Made by a program: the position numbers and the translations under genes. Shown piece after piece: positions 27,700 through 42,200 of a stretch of DNA of 64,000 nt. Below the pieces are notes generated by a model, which ran no database searches, had not been told where the DNA came from, and was given only the letters and a program-made list of their open reading frames with translations. Origin of the DNA: Hypanus sabinus (taxonomy: Eukaryota); assembly GCF_030144855.1 (NCBI RefSeq), contig NC_082707.1, positions 173,538,001-173,602,000 on the forward strand. Direction: 5' to 3'. Every line of letters starts with the position of its first letter. Position 1 is the stretch's first letter.

Positions 27700-28815
27700 C
27701 AAAGTTACTTTAAGACCTTTTCCTTATTACCTTCTTGTGCAATTGGACCCTTGATTTGCTAACTTGCAGACACGAGAGAGTTTGGAATGGCAAAACATCT
27801 CCACAATCTCCACCGGTAGAGCTCCTGCTCTACTTGCTTTATACTTTTCACTGAGGCTAGTCACAGCTCCAATGCCAATACTGTACTGTTGTATGCCAAA
27901 TCAAAGGTGGTGACCAATCGGCATGTAGAGGGGAGATTGAAAATCTGGCTGCATGGTGCCACAACAACCACCTTTCACTCAATGTCAACAAGAACAAGGA
28001 GCTGGTTATTGACCTCAGGAGGAGGAAACCAGAGGTCTATGAGCCAGTCCTCATTGGGGAATCAGAGGTGAAGAGAGCCAGCAACTTTAAATTTATCAGA
28101 TTTATCATTTCAGGGGAATTGTCCTGGGCTGAGCATGCAAGTGCAATTAAGAAGAAGGCATGGCAGTGTCTCTGCTTGGAAGCTTGCAAAGATTTGGCAT
28201 GACATATAAAAGTTTGACAAACTTTGATAGATGTGTGGCGACTGGCTACATCACATCCTGGTATGGAAACACCAATGCCCTTGAATGGAAAAGCCTTCAA
28301 AAATTAGTGGATACAGCCCATTCCATCACGGTTAAGGCCTTCTCCACCAGTTAGCACATCTGGACTGAGCGCTGTCACAGGAAAGCAGCATCCATCAAAG
28401 ATCCCCACCACCACCCTGGCCATGTTCTCCTCTCGATGCAGCCATCAGGAAAGTGGTACAGGAACCTCAGGACCCACACCAACCAGGTGCATGAACAGTT
28501 ATTACCCTACAACTCTCAGGCTCCTGAACCGGTGGGGATAACTTCACTCACCCCATCACTGAACTGTTCCCACAACTAATGAACTCACTTGCAAGGATTC
28601 TTCATCTCACATTCTCAATATTTATTGCTTATTTATTATTTTTTCTTTTGTAATTGCAGATTTGCACATTGGTTATTTGTTCATCCAGTCGGGTGTAATC
28701 TTTCATTGATTCTATGTTTCTTGAATTTTCTGAATATACCAACAAGAAAACAAACCTCAGGGTTATATATGGTGACATACAGTATATGTACTTTGATAAT
28801 AAATTTACTTTGAAC
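27700..28815 (+). mobile_element. Rex1/Babar-like LINE 3' fragment
   Basis: LQRFGMTYKSLTNFDRCVATGYITSWYGN; 3' tail gataataaatttactttgaac. Confidence 0.75.
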
Positions 28816-30228
28816 ATCAAATACAATACTGATATAGTAATACAACCAATTTCCATTAAGAAAAGCCATTTGATTCAAATAATCGCATGCTTCCAGAACA
28901 GAGTGACCGTACCTACCCCAAAAATAATTCCCTTAAATCCACAGGCTTACCCTGTTTTGATCCTGAAAATCCATGGTAACTATTGTTTACCTGATAGCCT
29001 ATGACTAAGAAAAAAAAATTCTGGTGTTCACCATAAATTTATTATACTGAGGCTTAAAATGGCACATTTGTATGAACATTTTGTGATACTGCTAGCAGAT
29101 TATAGCTATTAGAAATCCCTTTAATAAAACTGATCTGAAAATTGCATTGACGAGGAAATCTGCAGATGCTGGAAATTCAAACAACAACACACACAAAATG
29201 CTGGTGGAACACAGCAGGCCAGGCAGCATCTATAAGGAGAAGCACTGTTGATGTTTCCGGCCGAGACTCTTCGTCAGGACTAACCGAAAGGAAAGATAGT
29301 AAGAGATTTGAAAGTCGTGGGGGGAGGGGGAAATGTGAAATGATAGGAGAAGACCGGAGGGGGTGGGATGAAGCTAAGAGCTGGAAAGGTGATTGGCGAA
29401 AGTGATACAGAGCTGGAGAAGGGAAAGGATCATGGGACGGGAGGCCTCAGGAGAAAGAAAGGGGGTGGGGGAAGCACCAGAGGGAGATGGAGAACAGGTA
29501 AACAACTAAATATGTCAGGGATGGGGTAAGAAGGGGAGGAGGGACATTAATGGAAGTTAGTGAAGTCAATGTTCATGCCATCAGGTTGGAGGCTATCCAG
29601 CCGGTATATAAGGTGTTGTTCCTCCAACATGAATTTGGATTCATTTTGACAATTGCATTGAACTGGTTTTACAAAAAGCATGTTTAATTTTGAACAAAGT
29701 AGTCTAAAGTAGTTAGGAAATATCCGCAATATCCCATTGCTTACTAAGTTTAAGATGACTAATAACATTCACGAAACAACTGACACTTATGCATGAAAAG
29801 TCAAGACTCCCAGATGTGCAATGATACTTTAATTTAATCCAAAAAGAAAATACTTCTTTGAAGTTAACCTCTTAGAATTACAAGTACACTAGTGTACTTT
29901 GAAATTAATTACACATTTTCTCAGCAACTTTCCAAAAATTTACGTTAGCACAAAATTGTCAATTAAGAAACTATACCAGTGGTATTCTGTAACACTTTAA
30001 AGATGTTTCCCCTATTAACAAATTAAAGGAGAATTTAAAAAAAACTTCCAAAAAGATTCATTTATGTGAATACAAACAATGCCTGACCTCCAGTATTTTG
30101 CATTAAACATTTTCCCCAGCTTTATTCATTGAAAAAAATAATTCCACAATTTTGGGTGACATCTGTTAAAATGCAGTATTCTTAAACAAAAAGAGAAATT
30201 CTTCATGCCCATAGTAAATACCAGAAAA

Positions 30229-30285
30229 TTATGTAGAAGGTGGTGGATAATACTGCCCATAGTTCCAGGGTGTTTGATAATTGTA
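30229..30285 (-). CDS. PRPF39: PRPF39 exon 14 (terminal)
   Basis: cag|[21 protein letters not shown]; AATAAA (minus strand) at 30126-30121. Confidence 0.95.
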   Translation of the reverse strand, partial: YNYQTPWNYGQYYPPPST

Positions 30286-33200
30286 CTGTTGGAGAAGAAA
30301 ACAAAAACTGGTTAAATATTTAGCAACAGAAATTTGTAAACAATCTTTTTTCCCTGAAATGACAATCAAAAATAGATTGGCGGCCGTTCCAGTTTGTGCT
30401 TCCAATATGAAATTTAGCTATTCCAATCAAAATCAACATTCAACTGTACACAAGTCTATTTGAAATGTCAATGTTGGAGCACTAACTTTTGATAAGGAAC
30501 CCTAATATTCTAATAATATTTTATCATCTCCCACACAATATCTATTTGTATTAAATGAGAGGAAGCTTTTAAATGCTAAGCAAGTAAGAGACAGGGCAGT
30601 CAGCTTAAGCAGATGGGATACTGGTTATGGCCCACCATATCTGAATGGTGTCAAGCCTACAGTTGCATTCAAGATAAGCTTTTTTGTCACATGTACATTG
30701 AAACATATAGCCAGCCGCAATACTTGCTTCAAATCAAGTCAATGACAATTGTCCTGGGCAGGCTGCAAGTGTTGCCACACTTCCAGCACTAACATAGCAT
30801 GCCCACAACTCACTAACCCTGACCATACATCTTTGGCATGTTGGAGGAAACTGGAGAAATATGGTGAAACCTATTCAGTCATGGGAAGAACTTACAAACT
30901 TCTTACAGGTACTGGTGGAATTGAACCCTGATCAGTGATCGTTAGCACTGGTTACACTAACCACTATGCTATCATACTGTCCTGCCACTCATCTAGAACC
31001 ACATACTTCTAATCTGCAGCTTGTAAGTATTTAGAAAGCCAACAAATTACAAGTTGACACAAAATTACCAGCTTTGACTTCTAATTATGACAATGACCGG
31101 TTGGGATTGAGTTTTAAATCAGTGGTAATCCCTGCTAGATGTCGATGGGGAATTGGGCACATTAACAGGGAATGATGTTGTAGGCGACTTGTCTGTGCAA
31201 TCATCCCTTGCGATGCACAAGTTCACATACAACTTGCGTTGCATTTGCATTGTCTGATGAAGTGTAATTAGAACTGAACACTGAACTCAGCCATAAACCC
31301 TTGCTTTGGAATAGATGGAGATGGCCGCTGTTGAATCAAAACTAAAGACAGATAATGTTAGATGCTGCTCCGAGGCATTCCTCAACAAAACCTTATTAAA
31401 GGTGAATCAAACAAAAATTAAAGCTGATACCTCTGCTTTAAAAGATTTTATGAGATTGAAATGGTTCATTTAACAGCTGCAAGTTTTAAGTGCTTCCATC
31501 ACCTCTTTTGCATTCAGTTGCCGATAAGTTGGACTTCAAAGATGACATGATATTCATAGAGTGTTAATCTCACAGAAACAGCGTTCATGTTTTTTTTCTA
31601 TCTCAGCTCATACTACCCCAAGATGCTTGTGGTCATTCAGAGTAAATACAAAAATACACAATAGAATCAAAGCAAAATTACACAAAGATGGCATGCAACT
31701 ACTGTGCAAAAGACAACCAATTAGAAGAACAAAATATTAATAAAGCAACAATAAATAACAACGAGAATATGAATTGTGGAATTCTTGAAAATTAGTCCAA
31801 AGGTTCTGGAATCAGTTCAATGTTGGGGTGAGGAGAAGTTTTCTACTCTGGTTCAGGTGACATAACTGTTCCTGAACCTGGTGGTGTATGTCCTTCCTGA
31901 TGACAGCAGTGACAAGAGAGCATGGTCTGGGTGGTGGTGGTGGGTGGGTGGTCATTGATATTGGATGCTACCTTCCTGCACAGTGCTCCTTATGGATGTG
32001 GTAGTGGGGGGGGGGCTTCACCAATGATGAATGGGGTATGTCCACTATTTATAGACACCCAGCGATTTTTTTGTGTACAATTCAATTTATGAACTTCTGT
32101 AAAAATGGCACTGGCTCACAAGCTTTCTACAAGGCTTTGGAGTACCTGACAACTGCAATACATACCGCAGGCTGCTGATTGAGTATAGCACAGCATTAAG
32201 CACCACAATCCCCTTTGAGCTCATCAATAAGCTTTAAAACCTGGGTCTCTGTATCTTTCTCTACAACTCAATCTCTGCCTTAACATTCATCAGAAAACAA
32301 CAGCCTGTGTGAATCGATAATAATAACACCTCTTAACTGACAATCAACAAAGGCACAAAGACACATGCTTAGCCCACTGCTCTACTCTCTCTATTCATGA
32401 CTGAGAGGTTACACACAGCTCAAACACCATTTATAAATCTGCCAAAACCACTGATGGCAGAATCTCATAGCACCAAGGAAGCATGCAGAAGTGAACTTGA
32501 ATAGACTCTGCGGGGAAGTCAGGAAAGCATTCACCAGTCCTCCTTGACAGATCAGCCGTGAAAAGGATGAGTAACTCCAGGTTCCTGGGCAACACAGTAG
32601 TGCAGCAGCTAGTGTGACCCTATTACAGTTGGAGTTCAGAGTTCAATTCCGGCATCCTCTGCAGGAGGTTTGTACATCCTCACCGTGAAAATGTGGGTTT
32701 TCTCCCACAGTCCAAAGGCGTACTGGTTAGTAGGTTAACTTGTCGTTGTAAGTAGTCTGTGATTAAACAAGGGTTAAATTGGTGGGCTGTTGGGTGCTGG
32801 ACTAGAAAGGCTGCTCCGCACTATACTGTATCTGTAAATAACCAACTCACAGGACCTATTTTTGGCCCAACACATTGTGGCAATTACGAAGGCAGCTATA
32901 ATTCATTAGAAGTTTGATAAAATCTGTTGTCACCAAAGACTCTAGCAAATTTCTACTGATGTGCAGTGGAAAACATTCCGACTGGTTCCACCACTGCCTT
33001 GTATGAAGGCTCCAATATGCAGCACTGAAAGAAGCTGCAGAGGATTGAGGACTAAGCTGGCTCCATCTAGAGCACAGCCCTCCCCAAAAGATAGCAACTT
33101 CAAAAGCTGGTACCTTGGGCAGCTGACATCCATCATTAGGGATCCTTTCTATCTGGGACATGAACTCTTATCATTACTACCATTAGGGACAAGTACCGTA

Positions 33201-36200
33201 GGGACATAATGTTTTAGGAACAGTTTCTTCGCCTCCGCCATCAAATTTCTGAAAAGTCCACAGATCAATGAACACCACCTCGCTTTTCCTCTTTCAATCT
33301 ATTTATTTTTGAACCTCTCTGTCATAAATTTAGTTTTTAATGATCCGCACTGCACTGCTGTCACAAAACAACAGCTTTCAAGACACATGTCAGTGATAAT
33401 GAGCCTGATTCCTATTCTGTTACCCAAGGCTGACCTTTCTTATAAACCCAGAATTGATTACTTGGCTTGATGGAAGGTATGTGGCAGATCACAAATTGTT
33501 TTATGTATACAATTTTGCAGCTGCTGATCTTTTAATCTTTTAGATTTCCCATTAACGTGACAAAATGCCCATTTCCTCAATATGAAAACAGAATTAGGTC
33601 TTTGTAACATTATTAAAGACAAACAAAAGGCTAACATTTAGATTATCAAGACTCAAAATTTGCATGTCATCTGAAGCCATAAAATATCACAAGCATGATC
33701 ATCTCCCCAACCTTACTGAAGTTGACAACTGGAATCCAAATTCTTGAGGGTCTGTTGAGCAAGTTGAATACCAGTTTTATTTTTTAATGGGAGATTGGCA
33801 TCAATGTGTGTAAAATCAATGTCTGACTTGGTCTGTGGGACAGCTGTCACTGCTCTGTCACCAATTATCAGAGGTTAGAAAGAATAGCTAAATTCAAGAC
33901 AATATTTCTTTTTCAGAATTGCAGCAATACAAGTATTAATAAAATATTACACTGGATAAAGAAATGTAATGATCTTTCTATGCCAAAAATTAGTTCCTTA
34001 GCAATTTAATTTGATCAGAGATTACCCACCTGATACCAAGCATTATAGTTATATGCAGCTGAATTAGCCTGCAAGTCCCCACTCATCAGCTGGGTAGAGT
34101 CCAATGTTGCATCAGTTCTTTGCTTTTTTTCCTCTGGTTCCTCTGACCTGTTAAATTTAGACAAATGAGCAAAGATATTTGCCATGAAAATTTGGAATTA
34201 AATGTTATATTTACATGTTCAAAGATTACAAGAATACATTCTAAGATAAGATTAGGGAGATCTATTTAATCAGTTTTACAAAGTGTTGTACAGTAAACTG
34301 GTGCAAAAAGTTGAGCACGTGGGATCCAAATTTCTAGATGTACCATGGAGAGCACTCTGACTGGTTGCATCATCGTTTGGTATGGAGGTGTCAATGCACA
34401 GGACTGTAAGAGGTTGTTGTGGACTTAGCTCCATCACAGAGACAAGCCCCGAAACACAGAGGAAATCTTCAAAAGACAGTGCCTCAATAAAGGCAGCAAC
34501 CATCATTAAGGACATGCCCTCTTCTCATTAATACATTTGGTGAGGAGATTCAGGAGATTGAAGACTACGTTTTAGAAACAACTTATTCCCATCTCATCAG
34601 ATTTCAGAACGGTGATGATATGAGAATTGAATAGTAGAGAGTGAAAAATATGATGAAAGTAAATGAAGGGACCTGACAGAAATTTGGGTGGAGCCATGGC
34701 AGATCCAGATAATTTAATCCAGAAAAACCTGAGTCAAAGCATTATGGTAATTCAAAAACAAACAGGATGTGCACAGTAAGTGGCAGAAAACTCAGTATGA
34801 TAGACGGATAGGAAACCTTGAAGTACAAGTTCACAGCTCCCTGAAAATGGCAACATAAGTGAAAAGGGTAGTGAAGGTGTCATTCAGCAGGCTTGCCTTT
34901 TTAGGCCATGGCAATGAGTATCAAATCTGGGATATCAGGTTCCAGATAAACAAAACAGTGGTCAGTCAACTCCTTAACTATTGTATACCGCTCTCGTTGC
35001 CAAACTACTGGAACAATGTGGTAGCATCAGCAAAAACGCGGAAGAGAGTCAGGATAACATTGCCTGGAAATGATGGCTTTAAGTCGCTGGAATGTAGAGG
35101 GGGTGGAGAAAGCGAGGTCTAAACCAGGAGGTCATAGGTTTAAGGGAGAAATTTAAAGGAGATCCAAGGGTGGTGAATATCTGGAATGAGCTCTCAGAGG
35201 AAAATACAAACATTTAAAAAAACATATGGACAGATACTTGGAGAGGAAAAGAGAAGAGGGATATGATGTAATGAGAGCAAATAGAATTAAAATCAACATA
35301 AATCAGTCAGCATGGATGAGTTGAGCCAAAAAGACCCCCTTCGTTGCTGCACAACTCTATGACTTTATTAGAATCTTATTAGACTGGGCAAGTTAAACAC
35401 CTTTTTTATATTTGTACTCAGGTTAGAAAATAAGCAAAAAATCAAAACCTTTCATTGGTGGCCTCAGAACTTACAGCCTGATGGCTCTCTTTTCTAGTCT
35501 ATATTCCACTGCCTAACCAAAATCTGTCATCATTTAAGACATAGGGTTCAATTCTCACTATCTAAATGTGCATCAAAAGGCGCTTAGTTCATTCTTTCTA
35601 CAGCTACTGCTGAATCCACTGAGTTCTTCCAACAGGTTGTTCGCTTTTTCAGATTCCAGCTTCAGCATTTTCATGTCTCTGAAGAACTAGATGCTCTGTA
35701 CACCACTCACACGGAGCATTTCAGCCAAGGGCAATTCTTGTTTCGAAAATTGTCTGATGATGCCTTTATGATGAGAAAATCAGTGATAACACCAAAAGAA
35801 TTCCCTTAGGAAAGAGATGATTCAACTAACACAATCAGAACAACTGTATGTCACTAATATTTTGGATTCCTAAATCAACTTTAATCTATTGCTATTTAAG
35901 TATTTTCATGGGAGAAAAACAATACTTGCCCATTTTCCGCTTTTCTTTTCAAGGACTCCTGATCTTTTAAAAGCTGTTGATGATCATCATAAGCCACCAT
36001 GAGTCTGGGAAATAGAAAACAATTAATGCCTGTTCCAAGACAAAGGAGATCTTAAAAAGTATTTTGTTCAAACAGATCAAAGACTGCCACTAATGTTATT
36101 CCAGGAGAAGGAATTAAGACAAATACTTGTTTCTTGAAAATTGACACTTACTTCAAAATGCTCCAGTAACATATAATAACCATATTTAATGCTCACGTGA

Positions 36201-39200
36201 AGATTGTGCCCAGGGTAGGAGATCTTTATTTTATGTTTGCTATCAAAAGCAGGGTATAACAGCACATACAGTACCTATAAAAACTATTCACCCCCCTTTT
36301 AAGTTTATGTTTTTCTGTTTTACAACTTTGAATCACAGTGGATTTAATTTGGCTTTTTTTTTGACACAGATCAATAGAAAAGACTCTTTCATGTCAAAGA
36401 GAAAACAAATTACTACAAATTGGTTTTAATTTATTACAGTCATGAAACATAAAATAATTGATAAGTATTCACCACCTTCAAGTCAGTATATAGCAGATGC
36501 CCTTTGGCAGCAATTACAGCCTTGAGTCTATGTGGATAGATCCCTATCAGCTTTGCACATCTTGACACTGCAATTTTTCTCTATTCTCCTTCAAAAAACT
36601 GCTTGAGCTCTGTCAGATTCCACTGGGATTGTGAGTGAGTAGCCCTTTTCAAGTCCAGCCACAAATTCTTAATTGGATTGAGGTCTGGACTCTGACATGG
36701 CCACTCCTGGACACTAATTCTGTTGTTCTTAAGCCATTCCTGTGTAGCTTTGGCTTTATGCTTAGGACCATTGTCTTGCTGGAAAACAAATTTTCTCCCA
36801 AGTCACAGTTCTCTTGCAGACCACATTAGGTTTTCCTCCAGGATTTCCCTGTATTTTGCTGCATTCATTTTACTCTCTACCTTCACAAGCTTTACAGGGC
36901 CTGCTGCAATGAAGCAGGATGCAGCTACCATCATGCTTTGCGGTAGAGATGGTGTGTTTTTGATAAGGTGCGGTGTTTGGCTTATGCCAACAAAAGCATT
37001 TAGTCTTAATGGCCAAAAAGCTCAATTTTGGTTTCATAAGACCATAGAACCTCTTTCCAGTTGATTTCCAAGTTTCCCCACAAGCCTCAGGTAAATTCTA
37101 GTTGAGATCTCATGTGAGTTTTTATTTCAACAGTGGCTTTCTCTTTGCCCATAAAGCTGTGACTGGTAGAGCAACAGTTGTTGTATGCACAGTTTCTTCC
37201 ATCTCAGCCATTGAAGCTTGTTACTCCTCCAGATTTGTCATAGGTCTCTTGGTGGCCTCCCACACTCGTCATTCAGTTTTTGAGGACAGCCTGCTCCAGG
37301 CAGATTTACAGCTGTCATATTCTTTCCGTTTCTTGATGATTGACTTAACTGTACTCTAAGGGATATTCAGAGACTTGGAAATTTTCTTGTATCTATCTCC
37401 TGACTTGTGCTTTTCAATAAGCTTTTCAAGAAGTTGCTTGGAATGTTCTTTCTCTCTTGATGGTGTAGATTTTGCTGTGGTACTGACTCCCCAGTAGTTA
37501 GACCTTTCAGATACAGGTGCATTTTTATTACATTCAATTGAAACACCTTGACTGCACACGATGTTCTCCATTTAACTAACCGCGTGACTTATGAACCATC
37601 GATGATTTGGTGTGTTATTTTGAAGGGGATCAATTATTTTGTGTTTTAAACTTCAGACCGCTTTGTAGAGATCTGTTTTCACTTTGACAAAGTCTTTTTC
37701 TGTTGATCAGTGTAAAAAAAAAGCCAAATTAAATCCACTGTGATTCAATGTTATAAAACAATAAAACATAAAACCTTCTGGGGCGGGGGGGGAGGTGGTG
37801 AATACTTCTTACAGGCACTATATGAGCTCTTGTCACCGTGGATTCTGACTCAGTTCTCATGTTGTATATTGTATGCTATCACAAACATGGAATGTGGATC
37901 GAAGTGAATCACATGTCAGGATATCAATCTAATCTTTAAAATGAATTAAACAGTAAACAGAATGATGCATCAACATTACTGTTTGATAACATTCTATCTC
38001 CATAGTCTTACTTCTCACAAAAGGAATTACTAATTAACAGCCATTCAATGACATTTTCCCCAGTTCTGCAAAATATTCAAGAATTCACCTATAAAAACTC
38101 GAATTTTATATTCGAGTAAAAAAAATTATATTCGATGTAAAAAAAAATCCTTGGATTTTGGATTAGAGGGAGAGAAAATACTCATAACATCAGTATAAAC
38201 GTGAAAATTTGTCCAAAATGCTACATTCTTCAAATGAACATTCTTCTAATGTTTGAGTCTTTTTAAAAACAGAAAAAATTTGAAGAAAACGAACATATTC
38301 ACACAGTTCACCACTAAGCACATGGATTTAAAACTACATTATGTTTCACAATGCTCATAGAAATAAAACTAGAAGTAACCTTTTCACATCTGAGCCAAAG
38401 TCTTCCAAAAATTCCACTTTTCGCTGGGAGAAGGCAATCCTTGTTTCAATAGGCAATGCGCTATTTACAGCAATGTCAAATGCATTCAAAATGTTTTCTT
38501 CATTCAGTTTGAGGTCTGAATTATATTCAAGTTCCAACAAATTCAAATACAGTTTGGGGCTTTCCTAAAAATCAAAACAAATCATCCAGCATTATCCAAA
38601 TAATTTCAACATACAAAATACTACCTAGTTAAAATATGGCAATACTTATTTCATAGAAACTAAACGACTACATTTAATTGTTCAGCTCCCAAGTCAGAAT
38701 CCCGAGTTGGATTCCCAGTCTTGTCAACAATTTGCACTTGGGCTTCCATGGAGAAGTTGCATTCGTCTTAGTCAGCCTGGAGAATGGGAGGGAAAATAAA
38801 AATCAGCACTTTTTTGAAAATACACATCCTGAACTGGTGGACTGTGGCAATTTTTTGTCACAGGATGGGAGTAAGAGAACATACCCAGCTGTACACAGCA
38901 TGGTATATAGTAGTAGAATAAAGTCATTACAGATGATCCAATGGGTCAAAATACTGTAGAAGGTAATCTGAAAATACACAGGAATGGCGAAAGTGAAAGC
39001 TCAAGAAAATATATTTGTTCAAATTGTCCACAAATGTGTTAATTAAAAAGACCAATTCCTAGAGAAATGCTCCACATTAAGATTGAAACATTTAACTAGA
39101 TTTTTATCTAACACATAAGTTCATACTAAATTCTGCAGAAGGCATAACATTCACTATTAATAATGCTGCTGATTACAATAATGGCTTTTAAAACATTAAG

Positions 39201-42200
39201 ATATTACAATAGTTTTATTCTTGATTTTACTGTTACGCATATTTTCACAGAGGAGTAAATTGGAAATGTACTGAGTACAGTAACTGAACTCAAGGAACAG
39301 ACCTAGCCTGGCAATTTGAGAAAGTCTCCATAGTTTGTCCCTCTTCATGCAACAATACATTCTCAGGTTTGGGTGATAATCAGGTTCAGGAGTAGTTATT
39401 ACTCCTCAACCATTCACTTGTCTTCATCACTGAACACAACTTATGGAATCACTTTCAAAGACTCTTCATCTCAAGTTTTCGATATTGATTGCTCTTTTTT
39501 TGCCTTTGTATTCACAGTTTGTTATCTTTTGCACATTCTGTTGTCTGCCCTGTTGGGTGCAGGCTTTAATTGATTCTATTATGGTTATTGGATTTACTAA
39601 GTATGCCTGCAAGAAAACGAGTCTCAGAGTTGTATATGGTGACGTGTATGTACATTACTTCAATAAATTTACTTTGAACTTTATTAAAATCCAATAGTGA
39701 TTAAAAACAATGCTGACATTTCACAGTATGATTAACCATACTTGTCTTTACAGAAGCATTCATACTGGTATAATATTTGAATTTGAACAGCACATTTTTT
39801 CTCACTAGCAATTCAATGTCTTGGTTGGGGGAGAGTAATGCGATTACCTCACAAATAAAATAAGTGGGCTTAAAACATATCCGTCATTAAACTGAGATAA
39901 GGAGATAATTGTCTGGGGATTGTGGAGAGAACATGGGAAAATAGATAAAAGCCAAGCAAAAGAAACTTTATATTTTAGAAATAACTCTGAAATGGCGTCA
40001 TTCCAATATGTTTTTCAGTGATGGAGTTAAACATACTGCATGTTTGCCCATAAATCCAACTAATTAACAGTTCAGTGATTCAATTCAAATACAAGATAAT
40101 CATTCTTGCTCCATGACACAACTGTATTTAGTACATTCTTTGCTCTTTGTAGTGTTCACCTTTTCTCGCAGCATTCGCTTGTAGTGATGAAATAGCCTCA
40201 ATATGAAAAGACCCTCATTAGTTTTGAAAGTAATGTAATTGGTTTAGAAAGCAAATGAGTTATAGCTGTATTTTTCACAAGGAGCTGGCTAAAATATTTT
40301 GCTAATTTAAAATTTTATATTAGAGTTATATTTACAAGTTTATTAAAATCAGTGTTATTCTATTAATACAGAATATTTCCAGACATGTAAAGTGCTTCTC
40401 AACTTCACCAGAACTGAAATTTACAACTCTGCTCCACTAGCTTGTTTGCAGTTGTATGGGCTTTAAAAGTTTGAGTTCCAGATAACTTAATTCATACCTT
40501 ATCAAAGTCTATTGCTTCCACTAGAACCTTCCTGGCCTTTGGAAGACTCTTCTGTACTTTGAATAAAAGACGAGCCAACTTCACAGCATAGAAAGATGCC
40601 TCATTGGGTGTTTTACTGTTTTTAATGGCATCCTGCAGCAGAAACTCTGCTTCATCAATATTTCCATGACGGCGTTCTAGACTCACTCGCCTTAGGCGGA
40701 CCATGGCTAATCCTGGCACTGATTCTTCTAATGCTTTCAAGATTCGCCTTGCTTCATTAATGTTCCCTGTGAACAGAAATACCAAAAAATCCTTAAAATT
40801 AGGCTTGGCAATGTATCACAACTATCATTTTGTTAAGTTATACCAATCCTGTTACTACAAGGATTTCCTTCCAATGAAATGTAATGGAATAGCTGATGTG
40901 GGAATTATAGCAGCTTACCTTGTTGTTCCTCAAAAGCAGCCCATAGTAAGTGAACCATTGGTTTCTTTGAAAGATGAACTGTGCATGCTCTGCTAAAAAC
41001 ATGTCTTACACCTTCATTGCTGTGGTTCTCCATATATTTGGCATACTGAAAGAATATCAGAAAGCTCGTAAATAATTTTCATTGTGATTCAAATTAAAGA
41101 TTGTGTTAAAAGCCTGTATTTTGCTTTAGAATGTAATTAGTCAGAAGTAAATAACAGCTCCTTTTGTTGAAAGGTAATGGTCTATCAAATTCAAATTTCA
41201 ACTCCAAGACCAAATTTTGGACGATATAACATTTATTTGAACATTAGTAATAAAGGCCTTACAAATTATAGCACGTCTCATAAATTAAGGACGTTGAGTC
41301 ACAACATTCAGCAGGTACATTTAATAATCTTAACATCTGCGGAAACCCAAGCCAATTCATTGACTATATTTAAAGCGAAGGTTGATGGGTTTGAGATTCG
41401 TCGGGACATCAAAGGCTACGTATGGAGAGAAGGCAGGAGAATGCGGTTGAAAGGGATAATAAAGCAGCCATGGTGGAGCAGATTTGATGGGCCAAATAGC
41501 CCAATTCTGGTTCTATGTCTTAAGTTCTAATTGAGATTATAAAAAATAATTTCAAAATAATTGAGTAAAAATAGCAGCATATTGAATAAGATTAAAATAC
41601 CGACACTTACTTTTATCCAGAAGTCTTCATAAAGGGCACAAGCAACAAGGCACCTCTCGAACAAAACTACTACTCGTTCAAGAGTTCCATTTTCTATCTC
41701 AAAGTCGAGGTAATCTTTCCAGTTTTTTAGCTGTGCTTTCTCCAGCGGCTTCACATGAAAGTAAGGACGTTTAATCTATCACATAAAGAAACTCTTTTTA
41801 AAAAAAGTTTAACCAACATAAAATTTGGATCTAGCTAGTCCACAATTTAAAAACAATTCAGCAAATGAAGCATGAATTGATAATTTCCCTCACAGGAATA
41901 ATTATCTCATTCCATGTTTTTGCAATTTAATTTTTTCCCTTTTTTTTAAAACAGGTTAGGTAGTAGAGGTAAAAAGTGAAAATGTTTTAACTTTCAAATC
42001 AATGACTTTCCATTGGTTTCTGATACAAACCACAAAATGTTAAACTTGTTGTTGAACATGCTACTTGGCCTGTCCTGGTCTTAGCATATCAATGTCACAA
42101 CCAATAAAGCTCAGTCACCACTCTACTTCTTCAGGAGGACAAAGAAATGTGTTATGTTTCTATCAACTCTTACAAATTTTTAATCATGCACCAGTGAAAG

